Notes: generated by a model from the letters alone, not told the origin. A DNA stretch of 64,000 nucleotides from Octopus sinensis (GCF_006345805.1 NC_043002.1:83204001-83268000); one strand, 5' to 3'. Counted from the first letter of the stretch, positions 1 to 14,480 are shown. Translations and numbers: made by a program.

Positions 1-451
1 TGTACATGCGATGAAATCATAGGATGCAGCGTTATTGATATGAACTATTTCAGCAGAACTTATTGAGTTAGTAGCAAATATCATCAGACACTGAGCAAAT
101 GAACAGACAGCAAACTATCAACAGCCAAGATCAATCTGTTCACTTAGTGAACTATTGCCATCATCAGTAGTCACGGTAAGAGCATATATTTCAACTAGCA
201 AAGGACCAACATGATTTATTGGTCTGGGCAAGTTGCCCGATTCAGATGGAGATGTGCATATGTTTTTATAGATATGGCTGTGCACAGATCTATGTGTATG
301 CATAGATCTGTGTATGCAATGATAAGCATTGTCAGTAAATATGCCTGTGTGTCTGTGTTGATATGCATGTATGTGCTTGTGCTGAATTTGTGTGCATATG
401 TTTACATATGTTTATTTGTTGATATTCTTAATGATTTCTTATCTCCCACAG

Positions 452-733
452 GAATTACTGGTGTGATGTTAATAGTCCTTGTCTGTGTTGTATATATGTT
501 TGCCACCCAGCAGAGTCGACGTTATATCTTCAGTGCATTTTGGCTTACCCATAAACTAATAATACCCTTGTATATCATTACAATACTTCATGGTAGTGCA
601 GTGGTTGTGCAGAGACCAATGTTTTGGGTCTATTTTATTGGACCAGCTATTCTTTTCAGTATTGATAAATTGGTGAGTTTAAGCCGAAAACGTACAGAAA
701 TAAGTGTTATCCGAGCTGAGAAACTGCCCAGTG
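452..733 (+). CDS. DUOX: Dual oxidase, internal exon (end of ferric-reductase transmembrane region)
   Basis: Acceptor cccacag|ga, donor agtg|gtaag (phase 1). Encodes GITGVMLIVLV...FWLTHKLIIPLYIITILHGS...IDKLVSLSRKRTEISVIRAEKLPS, including the heme-ligand His pair typical of NOX/DUOX. Upstream exons lie outside the window. Confidence 0.93.
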
Positions 734-3340
734 GTAAGTTCTTTATGATCCCTATTTACTTCATGTAAAAAAAAAACAGTGGATGAGAGGCAATATGCCT
801 TTTTGTAGAGATAGGTGTTAGAGGATTTGCTGAAGCCAGAATTTACTCAATGCTCAGGAGTTTTGGACTATCTATTCAGGACACAAAAGATGTTGCCAGA
901 AAATTGTCAAACTTTTGAGAAAGCAAGCTATCACATTTGTCTTGAGTGAGGATGAGTGGTGCAATGCAAATGAACATCAAAGATGGTAGGAACATCTGGC
1001 CCAGATGTTGAGTCCTCTGACTAGCAAATCTCATGCTGCTGTATGGTTTTGTTGCCTACATCAGTGGGTGACCTTAGGCAGCACTGTAGGTGTTTCTGCA
1101 AAGAGGGCCTGAAAAACCTACAGAGCTGTTTCATTGTCTGATGAGATACCAACTCCTCTATTCAGAAACAGGATACAGCAGCACCCTCAGCATGCAAGTG
1201 TTTACCCGAAACATGTGGCCTAGTGGTTAAGGTGTTTTTGTTCATGATCATAAGATTGAGGGTTCAATTTCGGGTAGGGCAGAGCATTGTGCTCTTGAGC
1301 AAAGCACTTCAGTTCACATTGATCCAATCTACTCAACTTTAATGAATAGCAGGTTGATGTTGGTGCAATCCTCTTTCCTTACAGCTGGATGTAAGGAAAG
1401 TTGCTCCACTCAGTGTGAAAGGGCCAAGAAGCTGTTTGAGTCTTAACTACACAGACCCTAAAACTATTAGCAAAAGTATGGCATATGTTACCAAGCCATA
1501 CTTAGAGTAACAAATGGTTGTGGTTTATCTCTGTTGATGAGCATTTTCTGCCTAGTTATTTATTAGAAAGCAGAAAAAAATGTTTTAAAGAATGCTGTGT
1601 TAAAAACACAACAAATGTCAGAGGGAGATGAAAATCTTTCCTGATAGCAGCCAATGAGAATACCATATACATTTTGACCTTCCTTTGGGTGTGGAGAAGC
1701 CTTCCTAATGCACATACTTGCAGCCAACCACATACTTGAATGAGAAATTTTCATCTCTGATATAGGAAAAAGTGAACAAAACATTCAATGATGTAGCAAA
1801 TGGTTATCACAACACATCCTTAAGAGATGTTATATTGGGACAAATACTATAGTAGCTCGGTTATCAACAATGTGTATACATTAAGTATAATACAGAAATG
1901 GCTATTTTAATTTAATACTGCTTCAAGTGCATATACTAAATTTCTATTCAGCCAGGTTGCTATTCATAACATTAGTGAACGCTTTATTTACTTTCTACTA
2001 CATTAGAGGCAATAAATTCTTGACTGGATCATGTGATTGGCTGTGAGTATGTCACTGAAAAGGCCTGAGAAGTCTGAAATGTATCTGGTGTTCTTGCTGA
2101 CTGATGCTGGAACAGATTTTTGTCTGTCTGATATCTGTGTTTTTAACACAGCACATTCATAAGAGATGTTATCTCAGAGAAATGCTACTGTAACCGGCCT
2201 ATTGTGTATACATTAGCTACACTACATAGATAACTAGTTTAATTCAATACTGCCTCAGTTGCATACACCAGACTACTATTTTTATATAACATTAAGATTA
2301 ATACTTATAATTGCTGGAATTTAAAGCTTTTGTACCCAAAGTGAAACTAATTTTGAATTAGTAAACATGGTAAACTGGTTTTGAGGAAACTAGTGATGGT
2401 CTTTTTGTATTTACTATTTACCAACAGGTAAATAGGGAATACAAAAAAAAGTTTACAAACTGGAATAAACTTTCTGTGAGGAAGAGAGTACCCTTTATAG
2501 TTGGTAGATGAATTGTTCATTAGCATTACTGGATAAAGGGATTAGGAGTGAAGATACTGAAAGGGGTTGATAAAATAAGTATCATTCAAGCACGAGGGTT
2601 GATATCATTTATTGTAACTGCCTTTCTAAACCTTGTTGATGCCAACTTTGATTTCGATCTTTCTGAGATCAGTAAAAATAACATATCATTAGTTTACTGT
2701 CTCTTGCACCAAATGTCTGGCCTTCTACTTATGTAAAAATTATCATTGTTAAACAATATTTGCAGAAAAGCAAATACTTTGCTTTGAGCCCTTGAATCCT
2801 TGATGGAGTTGCAAGGGCACTGTTGTGACATATGTCTTGGGCATTTTTCACTTAGCAGAGCCCATCCCTCTCCACGACAAGAAAAACCAGTGCCACCAGA
2901 CTGGCACCTGTGCTGGTGGTACATAAAAAGCACCATTCGAGCATGGCTGATGCCAGTGCTGCCTGACTGGCACCTGTGCTGGTGGAATGTAAAAAGCACT
3001 CACTACACTCTCAGAGTGGTTGACATTTGGAAGGGCATCCAGCTGTAGAAATCTTGCCAAATCAGATTGGAGCCTGGTGCAGCCCCTTGGCTTGCCAATC
3101 TTCAGTCAAACCGTCCAATCTATGCCAGCATGGAAAGCAGATGTTAAATGACTGATGATGAAATGACTCCATCCCCATTGAATTACTGTTATAAATTTTA
3201 TCTATTCTAGAAAGATAAATGGCAAAGTTAACCATGGCAGTATTTGAATCTAATTTCTTTTGTTATGGTCTGCTCATTTGAAGACTGTATGTATTTGAAT
3301 TTCTCTTATGCTAATAGATGCAAATTTTTTTAAATTCCAG

Positions 3341-3570
3341 ATGTAACTTATATTGAGTTTAAACGTCCACAAGATTTTGATTACAAGTCTGGACAATGGG
3401 TGAAAATAGCATGTGCTTCAATTAGTGCTGGAGAATTCCATCCTTTTACATTGACATCAGCACCTTATGAGGACACACTTTCAGTGCATATAAGAGCTCT
3501 TGGACCATGGACCTGGAAGATGCGTGGAATATTTGATCCTGTGAACCTAAAAGAAGAACCTTATCCAAAA
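3341..3570 (+). CDS. DUOX: Dual oxidase exon (FAD-binding domain)
   Basis: Acceptor ttccag|at, donor ccaaaa|gtaaat. Encodes (D)[24 protein letters not shown]...[26 protein letters not shown], with the HPFTLTS FAD motif. Phase matches the previous exon. Confidence 0.95.
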
Positions 3571-3931
3571 GTAAATTCTTAAAATATTTGTAATATAAAA
3601 TCAACAGATAAAAATAAGGATTATTTTTAGTTTAATATAAAGTAACATTAAAAATTTGCATTAAAATAACCAAACTAGATAAAAAAATTTCTTTTAGTTT
3701 CTTCTCAATTGGCATTAATTTTAAATGTAGCAATACTGAGCATGAATCTATCATGTTCCCAAACCATTCAGATATGAAATAGAAATAGTACAGTTGGTAC
3801 TTTGTTATACATTCACATTTCAAAATGAAAGGAAAAGGAGCTTATCTGTACATATCTGATAATGAATGAAAAATCGGTATCTGAATTATATTACTATATA
3901 GTTTCTTATGCATTTTATGATGTGCATGGGT

Positions 3932-3932
3932 G

Positions 3933-4009
<77 letters not shown>

Positions 4010-4010
4010 A
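3932..4010. repeat. (TA)n/(TG)n microsatellite; similar tracts at about 8073-8140, 21830-21872, 28000-28040, 37410-37512, 41095-41147, 51165-51272, 54705-54767
   Basis: Direct dinucleotide runs; they generate many YIYI/HTHT/VCVC pseudo-ORFs. Confidence 0.95.
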
Positions 4011-5332
4011 TATAACACTCTCGTACACACAAATGTGTGTGTGTATATATGCAGTGTGTGTATTTGTTAACCTGTCTTGATACCATGAGATAGTTGTAAA
4101 AACAAGTGTCACCAGTTATACAAGTAGTATTGCTCATTTCCAATCTTCTTTGAAAATATATCCAGCCATGGAGAAATATTAGTGGACACACATTGGTCCA
4201 TCAGTTATGACAATGATGGTCAGAGTTGATTCAGTCAACGGAACAGCCAGCTCACAGAATTAATGTGCAAGTGGCTAAGCATGCCACAGATACATGTATC
4301 CTTAACATAGCCTGACACAGAATGTGACAAGGCTGGCCCTTTGAAATACAAGTAAAACTCGCTTTTACCAGCTGAGTCGACTGGAGCAATGGAAAATAAA
4401 GTGTCTTGCTCAAGGATACAACACACGACAAGGTGTCAAACTCACAACCTTGCAATCATGAGCTTAATAACCTAACCAGTCTTCATAGGAGAAAAATATT
4501 ACCTTGCTTGGAAACTGAAGGTTGGTGAGAATAAACGCATCTGACTGTAGAAAACTTGCCTCCAGGAATTCTGTTCAACCTATGCAAACATGGGAAAGTA
4601 GACATTAAAATGATGATGATTATACTCTGATTCTAAGTGAATGGGAACTACAGATGTATAGTTTGCAGAGAAGAGTATATTTTATAGTCTTCAGTGACTA
4701 GAAAATTACTTGTCCCAAAGAAAATTCCAGCAATCATAGTTAATAGTTCAATTACCGTACTTCTTAAATGAAAACTAAAATGGGCTTTAAAATCTAACAA
4801 ATATGTTGTGGTGCTCTTCAAATGGCTTCTCTTGGATGCATCTCGTATGATGTATTGTAAGTTTATCTTCTACTTGTTTTGGTCTTTGGACTGTGGCCAT
4901 GCTGGTGCACAGTCTTGACAGGTTTAGTTGCACAAATTGACCCCTGTACTTATTTTTAAACCCGGTATTTATTCTGTTTGTTTCTTTTTGTCAGGAACAT
5001 AAGCAAACCAATACTGGTTGTCAAGCAGTAAACACACACAAACACACAATGGGCTTCTTTCAGTTTCCACCTGCCAAATCCAATCACAACGCTTTGGTCA
5101 GCCTGGGGCTGTAGTGGAAAATGTTTACTCAAGGTGCCACACTATGGGACTGAAACCTAAGACCACATGGTTGAGAAGCAAGCTTTTTGTTTGTTTAGAG
5201 ATAAAGGACAGCAATAGCAATACGGGAGTCAAGGATGAAATGATTTATTTATTGATCCTGTTTAATATAAGAATATTTTACCAATTAACAGTAATTACCA
5301 TTCTATTGATGTCTATTTTGCTTTACTTTCAG

Positions 5333-5497
5333 TTATATTTAGATGGTCCTTATGGTGCTGGACAACAAGATTGGTATCGGTTTGACATCAGTGTTTTGGT
5401 TGGTGCTGGAATTGGAGTAACACCTTATGCTTCCATCCTAAAGGATTTTGTGAAAATGTCTGCTATAAAAAATACTTACAAGATGAAATGTCAAAAA
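5333..5497 (+). CDS. DUOX: Dual oxidase exon (NADPH-binding, GAGIGVTPY)
   Basis: Acceptor ctttcag|tta, donor caaaaa|gtgagt, 165 nt, phase 0/0. Encodes LYLDGPYGAGQQDWYRFDISVLVGAGIGVTPYASILKD. Confidence 0.95.
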
Positions 5498-6262
5498 GTG
5501 AGTTACAGAATATAATTTAAATCAATGCTGCTGAGATTTTGCTGTTTCAAGAGTGTATTTAAAAGTTTTTATTTTTCTAAATGATGTTTTTAAAATGAAA
5601 CCATTTTAAAATAAAGTTTTGCATTGAAATTTTTATCAGAATTTCCAATTCTGTTGAAAACTTTACTTCTAGTTAACTGTTAAATAATTAGTTGCTGTAC
5701 TATACTTCAATCCATTTGGGTAACGATTTTCTCCTACACATTGTGCCATTCCTTAGCTGGCAGAAACGTTAGCACACCAGGCGAAATGTGTAGCCGTATT
5801 ACCCAGGACTACACTTTGATACAGGTGCAGCTACATGGCGAACTCTGACCAACGAAGATCTTAGGGAGTAATTTCAAGGAGACCAGGTTTAATAATTATT
5901 TCTAGGATGTCAAACAGCCATGTAGCAACTCCCCGTATATACTCTGCATTTATTGGTATTTAATTATTCTTAAGTTAATTAATGACTGGTTTTTGCAATG
6001 ATGGCTTTCTGTTTTAAGAATCCTTTAGTCATGCTGAGAATATGGCAAACTCTATGGTGCCACAATAAAAGGCATCCAGTACAGTATGTAAAGAAGTTGA
6101 TGTTAGGAAGGATAGCCAAGTCAAAAATGAAATGCATATAGGCAAGAGGTGGTATTCCAACCCATATAAGAGGGCAGGTAAACAGTGTTTGTCTGTCCAC
6201 CCTAAACTAGTATTGAAAGTGGATGAAAAATGATAATGATTTTCATAAAACTTCTATTTCAG

Positions 6263-6418
6263 CTGTATTTTATTTGGGTCACTGGTAGTCACAGACATTT
6301 TGAATGGCTCATTGATATTCTTCAAGAGGTAGAAAGAGTTGATACAAAAGGATTGGTTGAAATAGAGATTTTTATCACTAAATTCTTTCAGAATTATGAT
6401 TTGAGGACAGCAATGATG
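6263..6418 (+). CDS. DUOX: Dual oxidase exon (NADPH-binding)
   Basis: Acceptor atttcag|ctg, donor atg|gtatgt, 156 nt. Encodes LYFIWVTGSHRHFEWLIDIL...FITKFFQNYDLRTAMM, collinear with the DUOX IYFIWVT...FDLRTTM segment. Confidence 0.95.
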
Positions 6419-6634
6419 GTATGTTGAATTTATTTTTCTTCCATTAGTTTAAATTTGTAAATCTGAATATCCTGATTTAATTATTAATTTATTGTATAGT
6501 TTGTAACCACGTGGTTGTAAGTTCTATCTTATTGTGTGACACTCTTGGCTTATGCTTTCTACAATAGTCTCAGACCAACCAATGTCTTGTGAGTAGAATT
6601 GGAATTGGTAGATGGAAGCTCTGTGTGTTTTATT

Positions 6635-6668
<34 letters not shown>

Positions 6669-7104
6669 TGTGAGAGAGAGAGAGAGAAAGAGATGATGTT
6701 ACATGGCTTCTCACCATCAGAGTGAAACAGTGATGATGTTTACATTCCATGTTGACATTACAAGCGTTTGCTTTGCATTTTCATAGACAAGTGGAATAAC
6801 AACTTTTCTACTTGAAAAACTGGTTAGGGTTGTTAAGGACATCCAATAAAATGCTGCCTCAAGCAAGTCCCTGTCCAACCTATGCTAGCACTGAAAAATG
6901 GCCATAAAATAAACAATAAGCATTAAAAATGTTCTATTTGCATTATTACCATTTATAACACACTGAATATCTACATATTCCACAATACTTCAATCTAGTT
7001 GTAACCTTCTTGATTAACTTTTGTTAGTAGATTCTTTTTAAAAAGTCATTTAAGAATTTTTAAATGCTACAAAGAAAACCTATTTTCTTTTTTTATCATT
7101 GCAG

Positions 7105-7236
7105 TTTATTTGTGAAGAATATTTTCAGAAACTTTCTATGGGAAAAAGTGTTTTTACAGGCTTAAAAGCTAAAACACACTTCGGTAGGCCACAGCTTGTT
7201 GAAATGATGCAGCATATACATAAATGCAATCCTCAG
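7105..7236 (+). CDS. DUOX: Dual oxidase exon
   Basis: Acceptor ttgcag|ttt, donor cag|gtaaat, 132 nt. Encodes FICEEYFQKLSMGKSVFTGLKAKTHFGRPQL, with the NOX/DUOX T.FGRP motif. Confidence 0.95.
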
Positions 7237-8072
7237 GTAAATTGTAGTTCTATGAGCATTATTTCCTTTCAATGCGATCAATTTATAAAAGCTTTTATTA
7301 GAATATTATTGAAATCTCATGTAAATATGTTGTTTGGTGTCTTGTCATTGCAGACATCCTGAATAAATTCACCTTAGCATTTTGCGGGTAGGAAAGCCTT
7401 CTTTTTCATTACCAGCGTCACCTTACTGGCACATGAAAAAACATTCGAGTGAGGTTGTTGCCAGTACCTCTTGACTGGCTCCTGTGCAGGTGGCATGTAA
7501 AAAGCACCATTTGAGCATGGCCATTGGTAGTACCGCCTGACTGGCCCTCCTGCCAATGGCATGTAAAAGCACACGCTACACTCTCGGAGTGGTTGGCATT
7601 AGGAAGGGCATCCAGCTGTAGAAACACTTCCAGATCAAGATTGAAGCCTGGTGCAGCCATCTGGTTTGCCAGTCCTCAGTCAAATCATCCAATCCATGCT
7701 AGCATGGAAAGCGGACATTAAATGACGATGATACTAATTCTATCAGTCTCTTTTACTGAACCACTAATCTATTGGAACATTAACAAACCAACACTGGGTG
7801 TTGATCAGTTGGAGAGGAGAAGCACAAACTCCCACACATGCCTACCTATATATATATATATATATATATATTCTTTACTCTTTTACTTGTTTCAGTAATT
7901 TGACTGTGGCCATGCTGGAGCACCGCCTTTAGTCGAGCAAATCAACCCCAGGACTTATTCTTTGTAAGCCTAGTACTTATTCTATCGGCCTCTTTTGCTG
8001 AACCGCTAAGTTACAGGGATGTAAACACACCAGCATCAGTTGTCAAGCGATGTTGGGGGGACAAACAAACAT

Positions 8073-8143
<71 letters not shown>

Positions 8144-8744
8144 CACATACACGACGGGCTTCTTTCAGTTTCCGTCTACCAAATCCACTCACAAGGCTTT
8201 GGTTGGCCCGAGGCTATAGTAGAAGACACTTGCCCAAGGTGCCATGCAGTGTGACTGAACCTGGAACCATGTGGTTGGTAAGCAAACTACTTACCACACA
8301 GCCACTCCTATGCCTATATGACAGGCTTCAACACAGTTTCTTTCTACCAAATTCGCTCAAGGCATTTGTTGGTCAAGGGCTGTCATAGAAATTACTTGCC
8401 TAAGGTGTCATGCAGTGTAACTGCACCCCAAATCATTTAGTTGCAAAGTGAGATGCTAAACGACATGGCCATGCTTTGAAAATTGTTTTTAAAAGGTCCA
8501 AGATACACAACATACACTTCAGTGACCAAATTATCAGCTGTGGTCTAGCTGTTGCTGACCATTGCATCCGACACTGATATACAAATAGGTGAGATACTCA
8601 TGTTTGAAATGCTTTTGACCATAGCTCGACATGATCATTTATTTAATTACTTTCCTATTTTTATTTTCCATTTATATTTCATGAGCATCTTCTCTGCGAT
8701 AGATTATAAAATCTTTTTCAAAACACAGTAAATCTTTACTTTAA

Positions 8745-8972
8745 CCCTTTACTGTATTTATTTTGAGATGCTCTGTGTTTCTTTCAATTAATTTAAAATT
8801 AATTTTAAATATAACAAAGAATTTAGTAAAATAACTTGGTTATCATTCAGCTGGTATTAAGAACATAAATTGTGACTAAGGCTTGGTGGAAGATTTTAAT
8901 TCAAAACTTATGAAAACAAGACATTTGTACTCAAAGCCAGAGCCAGTTTCAGCCAGGTTGGTATCAAAAGGG
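8745..8972. mobile_element. piggyBac-type MITE; related TTAA|CCC...GGG|TTAA elements at about 10815-11010, 33018-33218, 42207-42758 and 46600-47068
   Basis: TTAA on both sides and CCCTTT/AAAGGG termini. Confidence 0.65.
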
Positions 8973-10162
8973 TTAAAGGACTAATTGAAAGAAAGGCATG
9001 TCCTTTAAAGCTGAATGTTCATTAAACTGAAGGTAGCTTAGGGACCATTTTGATTTTGGAATACATTACGCATTTTATATTATATAAAATTTGAAACATA
9101 TCATAAAGGATATGTAATTCATATTTTCCCTTTTTGACAGTGAATGAAGAGTATTTTTGCTCAGCAACATTTTGTCCATCTTTACATTCTGAGTTCAAAT
9201 TCCGCTGAGGTTAACTTTGCTTTTCATTCTTTTGGGGATCAATAAATTAAGTACCATTGAAACACTGAGGTCAATGTAATTGACTTACCCTCTCCTCCAA
9301 AATTCCAGGCCTTGGGTCTTTAGGAGAAAGGATTATTATTATTATTTTTAAGGTGGTGAGCTGGCAGAATCTTTAGCATGCCAGTCAAAGTGCTAAGCAG
9401 CATTTCATCCATCTTTGTTCTGAGTTCAAACTCTACCGAGGTCAACTTTGCCTTTCATCCTTTTGGGGCTGTTAAAATTAGTACCAGTCAAATATTGGAG
9501 TTGATATAATCAACTTACCCTCCCCTCAAAAACTGCTGGCCTTGTGTCAAAATTTAGAATTGAAGCTATCATTATCGTCAAGATGGTGAGCTGACAGAAT
9601 TGTAGCCACTGAGGTTGACCTTACCATTCATCCTTTGTGGATGATGAAATGAGAACCAGTGACCTTACCATTCATCCTTTGTGGATGATGAAATGAGAAC
9701 CAGTTGAGTACTGGAGTTGATGTTATCAATTAGCCCTCCACCCTATCAAAATTTAAGGCCTTATTCTTAGAACAGAAAGGAAAATTATCTTTATCATTGA
9801 GATGACAAGTTGTCAGAACCATTATCATGCAGCAGAAAATACTAAGCAATAACTCTTCTGGTTCTCTATGTTCTGAGTTCAAATTCTGACATGGTTGACT
9901 TAGCCTTTCATCCATTTGGGGATTGATAAAATAAATACCAGTTGAACACTGGGATCATCATCAAGTTAATCAATATAATCAATTTTTATCCTGCCCTGAA
10001 AATTTTTAGCCCTGTACCAAAAGTTGAAATTCTTATTCAGTTCACTAAATCTGAAATACATTAAATCAGGGCCTGTTAAACTGAGAGTTTACTGCATATA
10101 TAAGAGAAAGTATTTGTTTTTTTTTTAATAGATTTTTTAAATCTTTTGCTTCTGTTTTTCAG

Positions 10163-10285
10163 GTGCGAAATGTTGGCGTTTTCAGTTGTGGACCACATGG
10201 AATAACCAAAAGTGTTGAAAGAGCTTGTAATGAAGCTGGCAAAACAACAAAAGCACTTTTTAAACATCATTATGAAAATTTTTAA
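10163..10285 (+). CDS. DUOX: Dual oxidase terminal exon
   Basis: Acceptor tttttcag|gtg. Encodes VRNVGVFSCGPHGITKSVERACNEAGKTTKALFKHHYENF* (stop 10283-10285); VFSCGP and HYENF are canonical. DUOX rather than NOX5 is judged from collinearity of the C-terminal half only, because the peroxidase and EF-hand domains are outside the window. Confidence 0.95.
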   Translation: MRNVGVFSCGPHGITKSVERACNEAGKTTKALFKHHYENF

Positions 10286-10385
10286 TACTGCTCATATTCT
10301 AAATTTTCGATTTCTTCATTCCACATTGTGGGATTATAACTGGACTTAACTAACCAGTGACTCTTTTGATGATAGAGGAAGTGAA

Positions 10386-10692
10386 AATAAAGATATATGT
10401 ACAGTTTTTGTTTTAGATATGTGATCTAAAATCCTTTTTCCCTTTTCCCAATCATATATGTATATGTAAATTTCTTGATATAACAAACATGTATCTGCTG
10501 TTTACTCTCCCCAACATAATGACTTTTATATCAGATAATGTTTGCACAGTGTATAATATATAACTTTATATATTTTATAACACATTATATATATTTTATT
10601 TCTGTAAAACATATATATATATATATATAATGTTTTACAGAAATAAAATCGGGTGTATTTGATTTGTATATATAAAAACTGTTCAGAATAAA
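10386..10692 (+). terminator. Candidate DUOX polyadenylation signals
   Basis: AATAAA at 10386-10391 and 10687-10692, downstream of the stop codon in an AT-rich 3' UTR. Which one is used is unknown. Confidence 0.4.
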
Positions 10693-13600
10693 GTCTAAAT
10701 ACAGGAACATATTCCAACATGATAAATCATAACTCTAAAGATTTTATATTTTAATATAAATTTTAAATATTTGAGGATATTGTTAAATGCAACCATTTTG
10801 TTTTTATGAAGTTTAATCCTCTTGCATTTAAACTGGCTATATCAGATCCAAATCTTCTGCCTGTTTTACGTTCAAACCAACCAGATCCAACCTCTCACAC
10901 CTACCCTGCAATCACATCATTGAAATTATGAAGCTAAGGTTCAATTGATTAAATCCAATGTAAATGAATAAATATTACATTTGGCTGAGTAATTTGAGTG
11001 CTAAAGGGTTAAAGATTTAGAGAATAGCTATTTTATATTCAATATTACCAATATACTTTCTTATTGAAATCTTTTCAGAATTTTTTAAACCATTATCATC
11101 ATTTGTTGAAATTTCACCTTTTTTTAATTTCATTTTTATGTCAATAAAAATCTCCGAATTTTCAGTTTCAGAGTTGTCATTTATTAATAGATGTTCAAAA
11201 TTTTTTTTTTTTAGTTGGTAGTTTTGAAATAATTTCAATAGCCCCAGTTTTTCTAAAATAAAAAAAAAAAAAAGCTATTTATAGCTTAGTTCGAGGTAGA
11301 GAAGAGTTGAGCAAGTGGACTCTTTATTGTAGGGTCTCAAAGATTTGTAGGGGAAAGGGGGAAGAGAAATCCTGACACAACGGTTATTCAACAAATTGCA
11401 TCATACTAGGATACTAAATTTGGTCCTGGTTTCTCACACTGGAGAAATGGTCTGAATGTTTCTAACGGTGCAGACCCCATTAAAGGCACCAGTGGATGGT
11501 GTTAAATTAGGCAATGGATTATTTCTACTACTCCAGAAATACAATCAATGGTAAGATGAGATGCTATCGATAACACTACTCCAAAGTGTGCATGCATGTG
11601 ACCGGGGACCACATGTGAACTTCTATTCCACTGAAGCTCCAAACTTGTTGGTTGGAGTCGTCTCAACCTACCCTTGGTGGATGCTACCGCAGGTACAAGT
11701 ACAATACCCCAGAAATAGGCACTCCCAACAATTAGGAGTTTACAATTTCTGTCTACTTGATTTCGCCCTACAAATTATTTTTCCTCATCCACATGGTTTC
11801 AGCTTCAGTCCCATTGTGTGGTACCTTGGACAAGTGTCTTGTATAGTTCCAGGTTGAATCAAGCTGTGTGACTGTCATATGCATGTATTGGTGTGTGTCT
11901 ATGCTCTTGTCTCCTGGCTTTGATTTTGTGTGATGGTTGTGAAACAAATATCACCATGATAGAAGTGTCCTTTGTATTCAATCTTCTGTGCATGCATGTC
12001 TGGACATGGGAAATATTATCTTGCTTGGAAACATGTGAGGGTTGGTAACAAGTAGAGCATCCAGCTGTAAAAAAATCTCCCTCAACAAATTCTGTCCAAC
12101 CCCTGTGAACATGGAAACATGGACCTTGAAGCAATGTCCCAAGATGAAGCATCAGGAAATCAAACCTAGAACCAAGTGTTTGAAAAGCATATTTAACTAC
12201 ATAACCTTATCTGTGCACGTGGAGAAAACATGTTAGCTTTCACGCTTTGAATTTTTGAGGAAGCATCTCTTTCCTTTGATGATATTCTACTGATGTTCAG
12301 ACTCTCCTCCTTCCTGTGTCATTAAAATAGCAGTAACATGCATAGCTTTATTCATCTAACTTGTAATTATAATAAATTTTTTTTTGTCATGAGACCTGCA
12401 CCAAAAAAGGAAAATAGAAAAAAGCATTTTCTTTCAAAATAAAAAAAAAATGTAATGCCAGGAAAGTGTTTTTTTTTAAAAATTATTTCTAAACAATATA
12501 AGGGTTTGATGTTTGAATTTAAGTTTAATCATCCATGTATCATACTTAATGTATATACAGAGGTGATAGGCCAGTTACTGTAGTATTTGTCTTGAGATAA
12601 CATCTCTAATGAACTTATTGTCTTAAAAGCACAATAAATATCAGAGAGAGAGAAAATCCATATCAGCAGCAACTAATGAGAATGCCAGGTGTATTTTAGC
12701 CTTTTGAGATTTTTCAATGGGATGCAGTTTCAGTAAGCCACAGGCTCAGACAAGAATTTCTTACCTCTGATATAGTAAAAAAAAAAGTGTATAAAACTTA
12801 CACTGATGTTGTGAATAATTTCCTGGTTGAGTAAAAAGCCAAGTGTTGATACATTAAGTATGATACATTGACGCCTATTTAATACTGCATGATTTGTATA
12901 TATCAGAATTTTAAGTTTAAATATTAATTGTTAACTTAGGCAGAAGGTGTAAAATTAATTATAGTAATCACAGCCCTGATTCTTATCAATCCTGATAGGA
13001 TTTGAACACCTAACAGACAAGACTAAATTTGGATTATTATATGCAAGTTTGTAGTTGAGAAATTTTGTTTTTAACCACATGGTTTCAAGTTCAGTCCTAT
13101 CACATGGAATCTTCAGTGCCTTCAGTAACCCCAGGCCAATGAATGCTTTGTAGAAGAATTTTGTTGGCAGAAACTGCAGGAAGCCTGCTGTGTGTGTGTC
13201 TGTATGAGTGATTGCTGATGTTTCATGTGGTTTGCTGGTTAAGTAAATTACTGGTGATTTTAGCATTATGACCAGTCGTTTTTCTTTTAATGATCTCTAC
13301 TTGATAAAGAGGTATGGGTTGATGCCTAGAAGAACATGTGGTTATAAAAATCTTGCCTCAAAAAACCCTTCGTCCAAATGCCAGGTAGCATGGAAAAATG
13401 GGTGTTAAACAAAAAATAACTAGGTGGGTTTAAAGACCTCAAAAGACACTAACCTTCTTTTCTACACAGTGACAAAAAAAAAATTCCTTATCTTTTACTG
13501 GTTTCAGTCATTAGCCAGTGACCATTCAGGGGGCACTGCTTTGAATTTTTAGCCAAATGAATCGACCCCAGTACTAATTTTTTTTTTTTACGCCTGGTAA

Positions 13601-13959
13601 TCATTCTATTAATCAACAGTTGTCAAGCAGTGGTGGGGGGACAGGTGTAGACATAAAGATTCACACACACACACACACATATATATACAACAGGCTTCTT
13701 TCAGTTTCCATCTATCAAATCCATTCACAAGACTTTGGTCAGCCCAAGGCTATAGCTGAAGATACTTGCTAAGGTGCTACACAGAGGGACTGAACCCAGA
13801 GTCATGTGGTTGGGAAGCAAACTTCTTACACCATACAATCACGCCAGCACATTTTTAATATTTTCTTTGATTTTTCTTTTGATTTTTTTTTTTTTAAGAT
13901 CAAATTTAGACGAAGCTAATGTACGTGCACACCGCCCATTTCTGATGCTTTTTTTTTTC

Positions 13960-14480
13960 AAAAATTTCTTCAGATTTCTATGTTTTCGATATAGTAGGAT
14001 ATGATTTTGTTCAAAAATCATGTTTTCCAAATTTTAATTTCCCCCCAAAAAAATTTCTTGATTTTTAATTCTTTTTCAAATTATTTTTTTTTAATCCACC
14101 TTGAAAAATAGAGAATTTTCCTTTTTTAAATTTTAATTTTTCTTAAAGCAACACTCAGTGGCCCTTTTCCCACCCATCACCTCCCCACACTTTTAAAAAG
14201 CTAAAAACTCCGAATGTTTCACTTTCGTCCGATGTTTCCCACATGCGTAGAATTCTATGCTTAAAGTGGAACATTCGGAGATTTTAGCTCTTTGAAAGTG
14301 GGGACGTGATATGTGGAGGTTGGGGAAGGGGATTTGAGTGTTTCTTTAAGAAAAAATTAAAAATATTGGAGTGGAGAGTGGGGAAATTAAAATTTTGAAA
14401 ATGTGTTTTTTGGGCAAAATCCAAATCTATATCAAAAACAGGAATCCAAAGAAATTTTGGTGAAAAATAAGGATGGGGGA
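13960..14480. repeat. Foldback element with about 250-bp imperfect inverted arms
   Basis: Inner arms AAAAGCTAAAAACTCCGAATGTTTCACTTT / AAAGTGGAACATTCGGAGATTTTAGCTCTTT around a spacer at about 14226-14262. Confidence 0.6.

Noticed and set aside
1124-1180. Hammerhead-like CTGATGA...GAAAC
   Set aside because: No helix II or helix I pairing can be drawn, and GAAACAG instead pairs with the upstream CTGTTTC.
3842-4191. Overlapping ORFs rich in YI/HT/VC (also about 8050, 19029-19859, 25398-25741, 37206, 41004, 52065, 54661)
   Set aside because: They are translations of dinucleotide microsatellites and SINE or MITE bodies.
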